IMG/VR virus record: IMGVR_UViG_3300008108_000056
Coordinates: 1-62,715 of that record
Source: a virus
Lineage: Duplodnaviria > Caudoviricetes
Strand: one strand, 5' to 3'
DNA: 62,715 nt
Under the pieces are notes generated by a model. That model saw only the letters and a program-made list of their open reading frames with translations. It ran no database searches and was not told where the DNA came from. Of the stretch, positions 8,652 to 19,700 are shown one piece after another. Position numbers and translations under genes: made by a program. Position 1 is the stretch's first letter. Every line of letters starts with the position of its first letter.

Positions 8652-9338
8652 TTACCTATTTCTTCCACCAATGTAGTATTCGGAAATACTTGATTTTGTT
8701 AGTGGTGCTCCATCATCTGTTTCGACATCATCATCATATTCTACTAACTTATCAAACTCTGAGATAAACTGACCTAGATAAGTTTTCTTTAATAAGTATA
8801 ATTCTTTTTTCTTTTCGTTCTCTGCAATTAAATGTTCATATAAAGTGACTGGATGACGAATCGATAACCCACTCATTACTATTTGAGTTTCTGGATTTTT
8901 ATAAGTGAAGTTGTCATTTACAATTAAACCCTCTTCTAAGACAGTAATACCATTGGAGAGTTGAATTTTATTCGTCTCGTAGTGGTGTATTTCATTTCTG
9001 ACATCAATATCTGGATAATGTCTTTGAATATAGTCCCACATTTCATTGTTTGTTAATGGCCATTGATCATATACATTTGTAATGTTATTGCATAGTAAAA
9101 TAATCCAATCATATGCTGGGTCACCATAATACTGATATGAAATAGTTTCTGGTCTATCTCCTTCTTCAATAAGGATTGGAGTAAAGAGTAGGAATTCTTT
9201 TTGTAGGTTATTTGCAAGAGTTACATTTCTGAATATATTTTTTACTTTTACATATGGGTGCTTATTACCTTCGGATGGACCCATACGGACCCATACATCT
9301 GGTAAATGACTAAAGTAAAATTTATCATTATTTGCCAT
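8652..9338 (-). CDS. gp53: baseplate wedge subunit gp53
   Basis: YFSHLP, VKNIFR, EGDRPETISYQYYGDPAYDWIILLCNNI, HHYET, ENEKK. Confidence 0.9.
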   Translation of the reverse strand: MANNDKFYFSHLPDVWVRMGPSEGNKHPYVKVKNIFRNVTLANNLQKEFLLFTPILIEEGDRPETISYQYYGDPAYDWIILLCNNITNVYDQWPLTNNEMWDYIQRHYPDIDVRNEIHHYETNKIQLSNGITVLEEGLIVNDNFTYKNPETQIVMSGLSIRHPVTLYEHLIAENEKKKELYLLKKTYLGQFISEFDKLVEYDDDVETDDGAPLTKSSISEYYIGGRNR

Positions 9339-10433
9339 TTATCTTCCTCCTAGTTGTGCTTTCTTAGCACCACCAAAACTTGCCTTGGTTAACATTGCAG
9401 TTTCTCTAAATTGTAGGTCTAGTTGGTAAGAAAGAACACCTCTGTCCTGCTTACTATCTCCATCTGTACCTTTTAGTGGTTGATAACTTCCATCAGGAGT
9501 ATAGTTGATACTCATATTTTCTAACACACAGTATGTTGGGAATGAAACTAGTGTAGAAATTTGTCTAGTTGATTTTTCTGATGGATTATCACTTGGTTGA
9601 ACTCTAATTAATTCTAATTTGAAGAAATCTGGAATTAATAACCAACGTTCAGAACTAATATTTGGATCTTTATAATTAAATTTTGCAGATGCTGGTGTTG
9701 CACCAGCAGAAGACTGATTCTGTGTTCCTTGTGCATTCTGTGCTGCAGCAGTCGTCTCATTAAACTCATCAGCACCTGCACCTGCAATACCTGGATGCAT
9801 TGCAAATTTCAATGAATGTAAAATATTTCGGATCATAGCAATGTCACTTTCTGTATTGACTGTCAGTTTGAAAGAGAATGAATGTGATCTAAAATCTGTA
9901 CCTTGATAGGTCAATTCTTTATATGGGTTTAGGATTGCACCTTTGGTCAATTGAGATATAGTATTTGCATTTACTTGACCTCCAACCCCAGCAATATTTG
10001 CAACTGCACTAACTGCAGATGCCATTGCTGCTAGACCTGCTTCGGGTTTTAGTCCATTTGCTGCATCTTTTAGTTGTGCTGCCATGGATGCTGTATCACC
10101 TCTTTGATTTAACATTCCAATTGCTGCAGCACCGAGCATTCCAATAGAATCTACGTTGTATCCTTGTTGGAATGTTTCTGACAGTTGATGTGGCATGTAT
10201 AAGAAGATTATATCACCAATAGCATCTTTTACTTTTTCTCCTGCAATAAAACTTCCACCAACACCTCCACCACTATTTCTCCCTACATAGTTAGAGTAAG
10301 ATGCTGATTCTGATTTAATAACTGTTATTTTTAGATAGTCGTGAGATTCATTGAAGATAGCAGTTTTTTCTATCTTGTTTTCAGCATTTTTAAACGATAT
10401 ATCATTTATGTCTGGATAATAGAATACATTCAT
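9339..10433 (-). CDS. gp48: baseplate tail-tube cap gp48
   Basis: LNPYKELTYQG.DFRSHSFSFKL, CVLENMSINYTPDG, LQFRET. Confidence 0.85.
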   Translation of the reverse strand: MNVFYYPDINDISFKNAENKIEKTAIFNESHDYLKITVIKSESASYSNYVGRNSGGGVGGSFIAGEKVKDAIGDIIFLYMPHQLSETFQQGYNVDSIGMLGAAAIGMLNQRGDTASMAAQLKDAANGLKPEAGLAAMASAVSAVANIAGVGGQVNANTISQLTKGAILNPYKELTYQGTDFRSHSFSFKLTVNTESDIAMIRNILHSLKFAMHPGIAGAGADEFNETTAAAQNAQGTQNQSSAGATPASAKFNYKDPNISSERWLLIPDFFKLELIRVQPSDNPSEKSTRQISTLVSFPTYCVLENMSINYTPDGSYQPLKGTDGDSKQDRGVLSYQLDLQFRETAMLTKASFGGAKKAQLGGR

Positions 10434-10437
10434 TGTT

Positions 10438-10869
10438 ATGTCTTATACAGGAAAATATTTGCCATCATATCCCAAAAAATATAAAGGTGACATCACTAAC
10501 ATTATTTATAGGAGTTTATGGGAACGTAAATTCATGGTTTATTGTGATTTGAACGAACATGTACTTGAATGGGCATCTGAAGAAATCATAATCCCATATC
10601 GTTCTCCTGTTGATGGAAAAGTGCATCGTTATTATCCTGACTTTTACGTTAAGGTTAAAAATAATTCTGGCATAAAAGTTTATATTGTTGAGATCAAACC
10701 CAAAAAACAGACTTTAGAACCAAAACCACCTAAGAGAAAAACAAAACAGTATATTAATGAAGTCTTTCAATACACTAGAAATCAAGCAAAGTGGAAAGCA
10801 GCTCGTGAATGGTGTGCAGATAGAAATTATGAATTTAAAGTTTTAACAGAAGTAGAACTAAAGATATGA
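10438..10869 (+). CDS. gp4: head completion protein gp4 (TnsA-like nuclease fold)
   Basis: YRSLWERKFM, WASEEIIIPYRSPVDG..HRYYPDF, EIKP, NQAKWKAA. Confidence 0.9.
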   Translation: MSYTGKYLPSYPKKYKGDITNIIYRSLWERKFMVYCDLNEHVLEWASEEIIIPYRSPVDGKVHRYYPDFYVKVKNNSGIKVYIVEIKPKKQTLEPKPPKRKTKQYINEVFQYTRNQAKWKAAREWCADRNYEFKVLTEVELKI

Positions 10870-11336
10870 CACTCTACGAACAAATCAAAAAAGAAATGAA
10901 AGGGTTCGGTAAGTCGAATGATTGGTACAGAGATTGGTTATTTTCAAAAGTTAGTGGTCATTACACCACTGAACCAAAACCAGGGCAAATGTTATTCTTC
11001 TCTTATCAAGCATTTACTGCAGATCGATTAAAATGGTATGACAAGTATCCACTAGTCATGGTAAGTGAAACAACTGAACAGCATTTCATAGGTGGAAACT
11101 TACATTATGTTTCTCCTATTTTAAGAAGATCTATAGGAAAACATTTTCAAAATGGTGGTATGGAATATCCTATTAAGATGCATCATAAATACTTACGGAT
11201 TTATGTAAATTCTCCACTATTTGTTATTGATGAATCTGAGTGGGCAGACATTGGATTAATACCAGTTGAGCATTTTGTTAAAGTTGAAAATGGGAGAACG
11301 GTAAAGGTGTCATCCTCTCAAGTTTGGAACGATTAA
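10866..11336 (+). CDS. gp2: DNA end protector gp2-like
   Basis: PGQMLFFSYQA...YDKYPLV...GGNLHY motif; synteny. Confidence 0.7.
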   Translation: MTLYEQIKKEMKGFGKSNDWYRDWLFSKVSGHYTTEPKPGQMLFFSYQAFTADRLKWYDKYPLVMVSETTEQHFIGGNLHYVSPILRRSIGKHFQNGGMEYPIKMHHKYLRIYVNSPLFVIDESEWADIGLIPVEHFVKVENGRTVKVSSSQVWND

Positions 11337-12089
11337 ATGGCATATAACAAATTTGATGAATTTGTATCTTATGTTGCTGGAGATAGAAAATGGAATCCAG
11401 CAACAAGTAACTTATATGGAATTGATTTAAACATTCCAAATAGTACTATATTGGATAAAGTCGGTACTAATGCAAAAGACTTAAATCGATCCATAAATTT
11501 ATTGGCAATGGAAGTTACTATTCCAAGTAGACAGCTGACAACGATTGAATCTAGGTCTTTTGGTACTATGATGCGTTATGTCAGTGGAACAAGTTTTTCA
11601 GAGATCACCATTAGTTTCTTAATGACAAAAGATTTATGGGTAAGAGTCTTTTTTGAGAGATGGATGAATTATACAACAGATGATGCCTCTTCATTTGTTA
11701 TGATTCCTTCAGGATATAAGGGTACTATTAGAGTTTCTAAATGGGAAACTGGATCTAATGTAGTATTGAGAAAGAAGGATGATCAAGGACGAGTGATTGG
11801 TTCTACTCGTCTTAAGACAAATACTGGAAACTGGATTATTGAAGGTGCATTTCCATTTAATATCAGCACCATGACTTTAAATAACGAAGAAACCAATCTA
11901 TTAAAGTGTGATGTTTCTTTTTATTATGATCGTTATAGAATGGATAATACAGGTGGGGGTGGAGTAGATGGTCTTTCTGGTGGAGATAAATTCCTTGATG
12001 ATAATAATTCATTGAGCACATATTTAAGTAGTATTAATAGTGTTCTTTCAAATACTGCTGTTGGAACTGGTACTGTCAGTTATGAGTGA
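11337..12089 (+). CDS. gp54: baseplate tail-tube initiator gp54 (tube-protein fold)
   Basis: VTIPSRQLTT, FFERWMN, AFPFNIS, VSFYYDRY. Confidence 0.7.
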   Translation: MAYNKFDEFVSYVAGDRKWNPATSNLYGIDLNIPNSTILDKVGTNAKDLNRSINLLAMEVTIPSRQLTTIESRSFGTMMRYVSGTSFSEITISFLMTKDLWVRVFFERWMNYTTDDASSFVMIPSGYKGTIRVSKWETGSNVVLRKKDDQGRVIGSTRLKTNTGNWIIEGAFPFNISTMTLNNEETNLLKCDVSFYYDRYRMDNTGGGGVDGLSGGDKFLDDNNSLSTYLSSINSVLSNTAVGTGTVSYE

Positions 12090-12095
12090 TAAATA
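12089..12095 (+). promoter_or_regulatory. T4-type late promoter
   Basis: ATAAATA about 30 nt before gp26. Confidence 0.65.
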
Positions 12096-12123
12096 ATTTT
12101 AATGAAATGTATTTGGAGTAATT

Positions 12124-12840
12124 ATGCCTTTACCTAAATTATCTGTTCCTGAATATGAATTGGAACTACCTTCAACAGGAGAAAAAGTTAAGTATAGACC
12201 ATTCCTAGTTCGTGAAGAGAAAATTTTATTCATGGCAATGGAATCTCAGGATGAAAAGGAAATGGTTTCTTCTGTGAAGAATATTATCAAAAACTGTACT
12301 AATCTTAAGAGAAAAGTTGAAGAACTAGCAACATTTGAAATTGAATACCTCTTTCTTAAGATTCGTGCAAAGTCTGTGGGTGAGACTTCAACATTCATGA
12401 TTACATGCCCTGATGATGGTGAAACTCAAGTGGAAGTGAAGGTAGATCTTGATGATGTTGAATTGGAAATGAATGATAATCACAGCAGAAAAATTCTGCT
12501 AGATGATAATGTAGGTGTCTTGATGAGGTATCCTTCTCTGGATACATTTGTTAAACTAAACTTAACCAATGAAGAAGAACCTTCAATGGATAATATGTTT
12601 GAACTTGCTGCATCTTCTATCGATCAAATTTTTGATGGTGAAGAAGTTTGGGAATGCAAGTCAACACCTAAAAAAGAAATCATGGAATTTCTTGAGAGTA
12701 TGAATAGTGAGCAATTCCAGAAGATTCAATCTTTCTTTGAGACTATGCCAAAACTTAAAAAAGTTTTGGCAGTTAAGAATCCCAAAACAGGAGTTGAGAG
12801 TGAGGTTGTACTTGAGGGTCTAGCAGCTTTTTTCGCATAG
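12124..12840 (+). CDS. gp26: baseplate hub assembly protein gp26
   Basis: MPLPKL..PEYELELPSTGEKVKYRPFLVREEK, IRAKSVGE, FFETMPKL, LEGL.AFF. Confidence 0.92.
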   Translation: MPLPKLSVPEYELELPSTGEKVKYRPFLVREEKILFMAMESQDEKEMVSSVKNIIKNCTNLKRKVEELATFEIEYLFLKIRAKSVGETSTFMITCPDDGETQVEVKVDLDDVELEMNDNHSRKILLDDNVGVLMRYPSLDTFVKLNLTNEEEPSMDNMFELAASSIDQIFDGEEVWECKSTPKKEIMEFLESMNSEQFQKIQSFFETMPKLKKVLAVKNPKTGVESEVVLEGLAAFFA

Positions 12841-12845
12841 CCCTG

Positions 12846-13037
12846 TTGCATGATAGTTTGGGTAATTATTACAAGACTAATTTTGCCCTCATGCAACATC
12901 ATAAGTACAGTCTTACAGAACTAGAAGATATGATACCTTGGGAAAGAGACATCTATGTAAGGATGTTGATGAAGTGGTTGAAAGAAGAAGAACAAAGGCA
13001 ACGTTCTCAACAAGCACAAGGTAGAATTTCACTCTAA
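12846..13037 (+). CDS. gp51: baseplate hub assembly catalyst gp51-like (possibly the -1 frameshift extension of gp26)
   Basis: YYKTNFALMQHHKYSLTELEDMIPWERDIYV; no ATG or RBS at its 5' end. Confidence 0.8.
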   Translation: MHDSLGNYYKTNFALMQHHKYSLTELEDMIPWERDIYVRMLMKWLKEEEQRQRSQQAQGRISL

Positions 13038-16000
13038 TGGCAGAAGTAAAAGTAAGACCATATTTAACTATTCGTCCCACTCCCATCAAAACTGGGGGTG
13101 GGATGTCTGCGTATTACTTTGCTACTGTAAAAGGTATCAATAGAATGGGTGGAGTGGTTGAATCTATAGGTAAACACTTAGAAACAACCAATAAGTTATT
13201 CACATTCAGAAATGAATTTCTTATTCAAAGTCAAGCACAGCGTATCAAACTAGAGCAGAAAGGTATCAAGCTTGATGAACTAGAAGAGAAGAAAGCAGAA
13301 GATAAAAATAGAAAATGGTGGAGAAAATTCTTAGATAAGAAATCAGAAGAGGAATCGGAGAAGCAAACAAAGAAACCAGGAAGTGCTATAGATGCAACTT
13401 CAAAGGTAGTTAAAAAAGCAATATCTCCATTAAAGAAATTCTTTCAGCAATTTGCATCATTATTTGAAGCATTTATTAGATTAACCGTTGTCCCTGCTGT
13501 ATTGGGATGGATTGCTGGTGCGGATAATGATAAGTTAGCACGATTTATAGGTAACATATTAAAGGTATTCAATTTTGTACGAAAACTAGTTGGATTTGGT
13601 ATTGGTACATTATTGGATGGTTTAACAAATTTATTTGGTGGATTTGATAAACTTAAAAGTGGAAACCTATTAGGTGGTCTACAAGGACTACTGGGTGTTG
13701 GACAGTTATTAGCAGGTGTTGCTCTGGTTAAAGGGGCACAGTATATTATGATGCCATGGAAACTAATTGGAGATGTTTCCTGGGTTATGAAATTATTCAC
13801 TGATATGGGTAAAGCCGTAGGTGAAACAGAAGGTGCTGCAAAAAATAAAGACATTGTTGGATATGTAGATAAGAACGGTAATACAATTTCTAAAGAAGAT
13901 TTTGAAAGAGCAAAGAAATCTGCAGCACGAAATGATGCAAAACGTTCTAAAAAACAAGGAAAGGGATGGTCATATAGTGGTGGTCAAGATGCAATAGGTG
14001 ATAGATATAGAGCACAATATGGAAGAAGAAAGAAGAATTTCTTACAGAGAGGTGCTCAGAGAACTCGTATCGGATTCAATCGTGCCACTCGTGGAGTTCG
14101 TGGACAGTTCAAAGCAGCAGGAAACTGGATGCAAGCAAACCCAGCAAAGGGGAATGCTATCTTTTCTGTTGTTGGTGGACTGGTACGTGCTGGTGGTGGT
14201 TTAATGGGTGGTGAGAATGCTGGCCAGGCAGTTGGAGCAGGTCTAGGACAGGCAACAGGGGGTATTGCTGGTTTTGCCCTGGGCAATATGTTACTTCCTG
14301 GTGTAGGAGGTATCATTGGATCTATGCTTGGTTCATTCCTAGGTGAATGGGTTGGTACTAAACTCGGTCCAATCATTGATCCAATCATGAAACCGATTGG
14401 TAATGCATTTAAACTAGGATTTGATATTATTGGAATGGGAATTAGTCCCATCATCAATACATTTGGTGAATTTTTTGGTGCATTAATTGATGGAATAGGA
14501 GCAATATTTCAGTTATGTGGATGGTTAGCAAAGGCAGGAGCAGAGGTTCTTAATTTTGCATGGCAGAACTCCATCTATAAAAAAGCAATTGATGGAATGA
14601 TTTGGGTATGGCAAAATAAAGACAATATAGGTCAAGCAGTTAAAGAAGCATTACTGCAAGGTGCTAAAGGCACACTAGATGCTGTTACCTTTAATGTATT
14701 TGATTTTGATAAGCAGAATAAGAGATTTGCTGGTGGTAAAGTACCTCTGATGGCAGCAGGGGGAATGTTGAAAACTGATAGTCCTGAAGTCATGGGACTA
14801 AAGGTTGCTGGATCTGCACTGATCTCTACTGTTGAAGCAACTCTTAAGAACTTTGGTCTGGTTGGTGAATTCACCAGGATGGCAATGGCATCCGATCTAA
14901 GCAGATTGAAGGGTGCTTTTGGTGCTGGTCCTGCAATTGGATTTGGTGGAGGTAAAATTGCTTCACAAGTTAGAAAACCAACAGATCTAGGTCGGGCACC
15001 AGGAGAAACAGGTGGAGATGGTGCTTTAGTTTCTATTGTTGGTACAAAGGAAGTAAGATTCTTAACAGCACAACCTGATAAATTTACTCCAATGAATGAT
15101 GGGAGTATCAGGGGTTTACTTGCTGATCTCTATAATGGATTAGTTAGTTTGAAAGTCATTGGTGGTGATGTTGTCCCTGGTCCTAATGGAACAACTCCTG
15201 GGCAAGCAGATGCGGCATTGACTGCGGCAGACTTAAAGGCAATTCAAGCATCATCTGCCGATAAGAGAGCAGCCGCACACTTATCAACTTTGGAAGCATC
15301 TGCACCTCAACATGTTGCTGACGTTTATCAAGTTATTCTGAATAGAGCAGCAAAGCAATCAGGTGGTATTCCAGCAGTTATTACTGCAAGGGAACAGTTT
15401 TCACCTTATTCTGCTGCGATTTATGGGTCTAGTGCAGATGGTGCTGCAGCAAAGAAATATGGTGGTTTAGGAGTAACCAAAAAAGAATTATTTGACTTGG
15501 CAGGAAAACCAGATGGTATACAACAATTAACAAAACGTTTTGGTGCAGGAAATCCATCAATTGCTGCTAAAGTATTAGCAGATTTTGAGGCTAATGGTCC
15601 AATGTCTCAAAATGCTAAGAAATTTGTAGGTGGTGCTCAATATTTTATGGGTTATAAGGTTACTTCTGCAGATAGAAGGAGACCTGATGGTGGAAACTTC
15701 TTTAGAGATAAGTATGCAGTTGGTGGAATAGTACCATTTATGGATGGTGGTGGGGAAGTTGATCCTAGAACTGGAGAACCAACTAGTGATAGAATGAGGA
15801 GAAGGAAAAAATATGCTGAGCAATTTAAAAAGTTTGCTGCGGGTGGAGAATTAACTAAGTTAGATTTTACTAAAGGTGCTAAAGCTGCAACTGCTGCAAG
15901 AGGAAGATGTACTGAAGGTGTTATTTTAACTGCAGAAAAAAATAAAGCAAACATTGGTGCCCCTGATGTATACACTAGTAGAGACCCAAATAATCCAAGA

Positions 16001-16768
16001 GGATTGATGTCTCAAGCAGTTGGTAGATTCGGATGGGGATCTATACCTGGTCTTGGAAGAGCAAGACCAATTAAATCTCCATATGGAAATGTTACTGTAA
16101 ATTCTATGTCATGGAGTGAATGGCAAAAGGCAGTTAAAGGTGGAAAAATACCTAGTGGTGCCTTAGTGTTTAGTACAGAAAGGGGATGGGATTGGTCTGG
16201 AGGATCTAGTGGAAACGACTCTGCAATTGCACAATATGGTGGTAAAAAACTATGGAGTGGCCACTGGCAGTATGAATATAATGGTGTGGGTGGTGTATAT
16301 GGATCAGCAACTAAAGAAGTTGTTGCATTAACACATCCAGGTGGAAATATGGCTGGATGGGACGGTTCTTCTCCTGCGGGAGCAGATGGAACTTCCCCAA
16401 CTACTACAACAGTTACTGCTAAGACTTCATTACTTGGTGGTGGAGGAGGGCAGCAGGAAGATGTTGGTACGATGCTTGAAAAAGCATTCAAAGCATTTAG
16501 AGAAGGTTTCAGTGAACCATCTGTTGCAGTAACTCCCGTAGAATCTGGAACTCCATCAAAAGTTCAACCTCAACCATCACCAGATAGAACTAAAGTACAA
16601 AAAACAGTTCAGCAGGGATCAGAAGAATATACATCAAGAGAAGCAACAAAACCTAAAGGTGGAGTTGCTGTAGCAACTATTCCTATTCCTGTTGCTAGCC
16701 AATCCGCACAACCTCAACAAAGAATTGTTGTGAATAGTGCTGGTCCAACTGCGATGGTGTCACCATAA
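13037..16768 (+). CDS. large virion protein, tape-measure-like, with SleB-like cell-wall hydrolase domain
   Basis: Coiled-coil N-terminus, Gly/Ala-rich amphipathic repeats, repeated AxGG motifs, LEA...VYQVILNR...VIT.REQFSPY. Confidence 0.7.
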   Translation: MAEVKVRPYLTIRPTPIKTGGGMSAYYFATVKGINRMGGVVESIGKHLETTNKLFTFRNEFLIQSQAQRIKLEQKGIKLDELEEKKAEDKNRKWWRKFLDKKSEEESEKQTKKPGSAIDATSKVVKKAISPLKKFFQQFASLFEAFIRLTVVPAVLGWIAGADNDKLARFIGNILKVFNFVRKLVGFGIGTLLDGLTNLFGGFDKLKSGNLLGGLQGLLGVGQLLAGVALVKGAQYIMMPWKLIGDVSWVMKLFTDMGKAVGETEGAAKNKDIVGYVDKNGNTISKEDFERAKKSAARNDAKRSKKQGKGWSYSGGQDAIGDRYRAQYGRRKKNFLQRGAQRTRIGFNRATRGVRGQFKAAGNWMQANPAKGNAIFSVVGGLVRAGGGLMGGENAGQAVGAGLGQATGGIAGFALGNMLLPGVGGIIGSMLGSFLGEWVGTKLGPIIDPIMKPIGNAFKLGFDIIGMGISPIINTFGEFFGALIDGIGAIFQLCGWLAKAGAEVLNFAWQNSIYKKAIDGMIWVWQNKDNIGQAVKEALLQGAKGTLDAVTFNVFDFDKQNKRFAGGKVPLMAAGGMLKTDSPEVMGLKVAGSALISTVEATLKNFGLVGEFTRMAMASDLSRLKGAFGAGPAIGFGGGKIASQVRKPTDLGRAPGETGGDGALVSIVGTKEVRFLTAQPDKFTPMNDGSIRGLLADLYNGLVSLKVIGGDVVPGPNGTTPGQADAALTAADLKAIQASSADKRAAAHLSTLEASAPQHVADVYQVILNRAAKQSGGIPAVITAREQFSPYSAAIYGSSADGAAAKKYGGLGVTKKELFDLAGKPDGIQQLTKRFGAGNPSIAAKVLADFEANGPMSQNAKKFVGGAQYFMGYKVTSADRRRPDGGNFFRDKYAVGGIVPFMDGGGEVDPRTGEPTSDRMRRRKKYAEQFKKFAAGGELTKLDFTKGAKAATAARGRCTEGVILTAEKNKANIGAPDVYTSRDPNNPRGLMSQAVGRFGWGSIPGLGRARPIKSPYGNVTVNSMSWSEWQKAVKGGKIPSGALVFSTERGWDWSGGSSGNDSAIAQYGGKKLWSGHWQYEYNGVGGVYGSATKEVVALTHPGGNMAGWDGSSPAGADGTSPTTTTVTAKTSLLGGGGGQQEDVGTMLEKAFKAFREGFSEPSVAVTPVESGTPSKVQPQPSPDRTKVQKTVQQGSEEYTSREATKPKGGVAVATIPIPVASQSAQPQQRIVVNSAGPTAMVSP

Positions 16769-16771
16769 ATA
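16765..16771 (+). promoter_or_regulatory. T4-type late promoter
   Basis: ATAAATA overlapping the upstream stop codon. Confidence 0.6.
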
Positions 16772-16791
16772 ACAAGGGGAGTATATAAGAA

Positions 16792-19700
16792 ATGGCAGAA
16801 CCAATTCAAAGACCACCTAAACCAAAACTTTATAAGTTCGTTACTGTACCAAGAGTAGCAGCAACTGGTGGTGCAACAATAAGAGTTGGGGGTTCAACTA
16901 TCGCTGGAGGTGCTGGTAATTCTGGTGCATCTGTAATCAAGGCAATGAATAGTCTTGGTGCTACGATTAACAGTATTGCAATTATTACCGAATCTATTGC
17001 CAAACAAACATCAAGAACCATTGCTACTGAGATTAGGCAGCAAAGTGAGTTAGTAAGAAGGCAAGAAAAATTAAGAAAAGAGAAGATAAAAAGAGACAGA
17101 GAAAAAGAAGATACTAAAAGAAAAAAAGCACAAAGAGATAAAGATGCGGATGCAGAAAAGAAGTCAGAAGGATTAGGTAAATTCTTTAAGACTTTTACTA
17201 AAATGACAACTGCCGCAGCAGGTAGTTTCTTTGCAGGGATTGCTCAATTATTTGAAGCAATCTTCAGGGGTTTAGTAGTTTATTCTGTATTAGATTGGTT
17301 ATCAAAACCTGGAAATATTGGCAAGTTACAGGTTCTAATCAAAGGTTTTATTGGAATATTCAGAGTATTCAAACGTCTGATTGATTTTGGTGTCTCCAGT
17401 ATGCTGGAGGGATTAGTTAAGATAATAGACAATCCAATATCCTTTAAAGGATTATTCGGATTAGTTCAGTTTATGGTGGGATCTGCTGTCTTATTCAAGG
17501 CACTATCCTGGATTAAAAACCCTGCTAAACTAGCAGAAGATTTATTTAGTGTAATGAAATTCCTTGCAAAAGGAATTATAAACTTGAAGAAAGGTGTTGG
17601 TATATACGGTAAGATTAAAAAGTTTGCTGGCACCAGAGCAGGGAAGTTTGCTATTGCTGGTGGTGTTGGTGTTGGTGCTGGAGTGGGTTCTGCTCTGCTT
17701 GGAGGAACCGTTGAGGAAGCAGTTGGAACTGGCATTGGAGCAGGTGCAGGAGCAATTGCTGGAGAGGCACTAGGGACTAAACTCGGGGGTGGTGTTGGAG
17801 GTGAGGTAGGTAGAGCAGCAGGCACTTTAGTTGGTGGTCTACTTGGTGGACAGGTAGGAAAAGCACTCAAACCAGTTACTGATGCTATTGGTAGATTTTT
17901 CAAATTAGTTGGTGATATTTTAAAACCAGCAATTGACTTTGTTGCCAACATTGGAAAAGAGTTTTTCAGTGCTGTTGGTGATTTAATTCAAGCAGTTGTT
18001 AGTTTTATTGAACCACACAAAGAAACTTTAGGTGCAATTGCAAAAGTATCTCTTGTTGTTGCATTTGGACCACTGATTGCGTTAATGAAAGCAATCACTT
18101 GGGTCATTCGTTTATTTGTTCCCAAAGGAAAAGATACTGAAAATGGTTCTGCGGCTGCACCTAAGAGATCTTTTGGTGGGAAGGTTGTAGTTCCACAAAT
18201 GGCAGTTGGTGGACCTTTAGTTGGACCTACAACAGATTTTGTTGATCCCATTACATCTAGATTGAAGCAGGCATTACAAGATGCAATGCTACTACCATTC
18301 AGAGCAGTTGGTACAGGTTTAGTCAGTGCATTTGGATTGATTGGTAGTATTTTTGGTGCATTTCTACCTGGTCCAATGCAAGCATTCTTAGGTGGAGTAT
18401 TGGCACCTATTGCAAGTGTATTTGGTGTACCCAACTCAGTATTCAGGAGAATTACTGGTATTGCAATGAAGGGGGTTAGTGGTGTTGCTGGTGCAGTTGC
18501 TGAAGGTGCTGGTGGTTTATTAGAAAAGTTAATGGGTGGTGACAATGAAACTAGTGTTACAGGAATTCTTAAAAAGATTCTTGGAGCAATGGTTAAATTG
18601 CATGAGCAGAACAATGGAACACCACCAGGAAAAGCAATTGGTGGTGTAGTTCCTCAGGCAGCACGTGGAGGATGGATTTCTGGTCCTATGTCTGGTTATC
18701 CAGTTTCATTAGATGGTGGACGATCAACAGCATTTATTGGGCATGGGACAGAGTGGGTAGGATTTAAGAATCGTGCAGCAGGTGGTGGAGCAGGATCTGC
18801 ATTTGTTGTTCCATTCCATACACCAGCAACAGTTAGAACACCAAGTCTAACAAGTATGAGAATGAATCAGGCACGTGCTGGTGGTTATGCCATGCCAAGG
18901 TCTGTTGGTGGAATAGTTCCAAAGAAAGTAAATCTTCCACTATTTGCTGAGGGTGGAAAGTTTGATCCTTATGAATATGATAAAGGTATGAAATCTTCAT
19001 ACCACATCACTAATCCTGGAAATAGTGGTAAAACATTTGTTGTTGGATATACAGTAAATGATGCGGAAGTTACTATCAAACAAGTTAATAAACTAGTAGA
19101 AAAGGGTAATTTGGTTTCACCAGATAAATTAACTGGAGTTAAACCAGGATCTGATGAATGGAAAACGGTAATGGGATCTGCCGAGACTGTGAAGTATTTC
19201 AAAAATCATGCAGTTCCTGCAATAAAAGCAAGCAAACTAAAAATTAAAGTAGATCCAAAAGCAGACATATATTATGGTTACAAGCAGGCATATAATACAA
19301 CGTATGATAAATGGAAGTCTCAAGGTGCAGATGAACAAACTGCAAGAAATTATGCAAATGCAGCAGCTCGTGAATTTGCCATTGCTAAGAATGGTGCTTC
19401 TAGATTACCTGGAACAAAGGGTGGTTTAGATGCAAAATTAGCAGATGTTCAAGTTGCTGGTAGTACAGCAGCAGAAACAACTTCACCTGCAGCAAGCACT
19501 ACAGCAACAGAAACAGATATTGGTTCACAACTTGCAAAAGCATTTAGTGACTATAGATCTGCTTTTGGTATGAATGAAACCTCAGGTGATAGTATAGATA
19601 AACAGTCAGGTAAAACCAAGGACGCACAGGAGGAAGCAACTAAAGCACGATTACAGGAAGAGTCATCTAAGATTTCTGCTGCTGCTTCACAATTGGCAAC

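Noticed and set aside
10438-10869. TnsA-like endonuclease suggesting a Tn7 element
   Set aside because: Sequence and synteny match head completion protein gp4; no transposon ends or other tns genes
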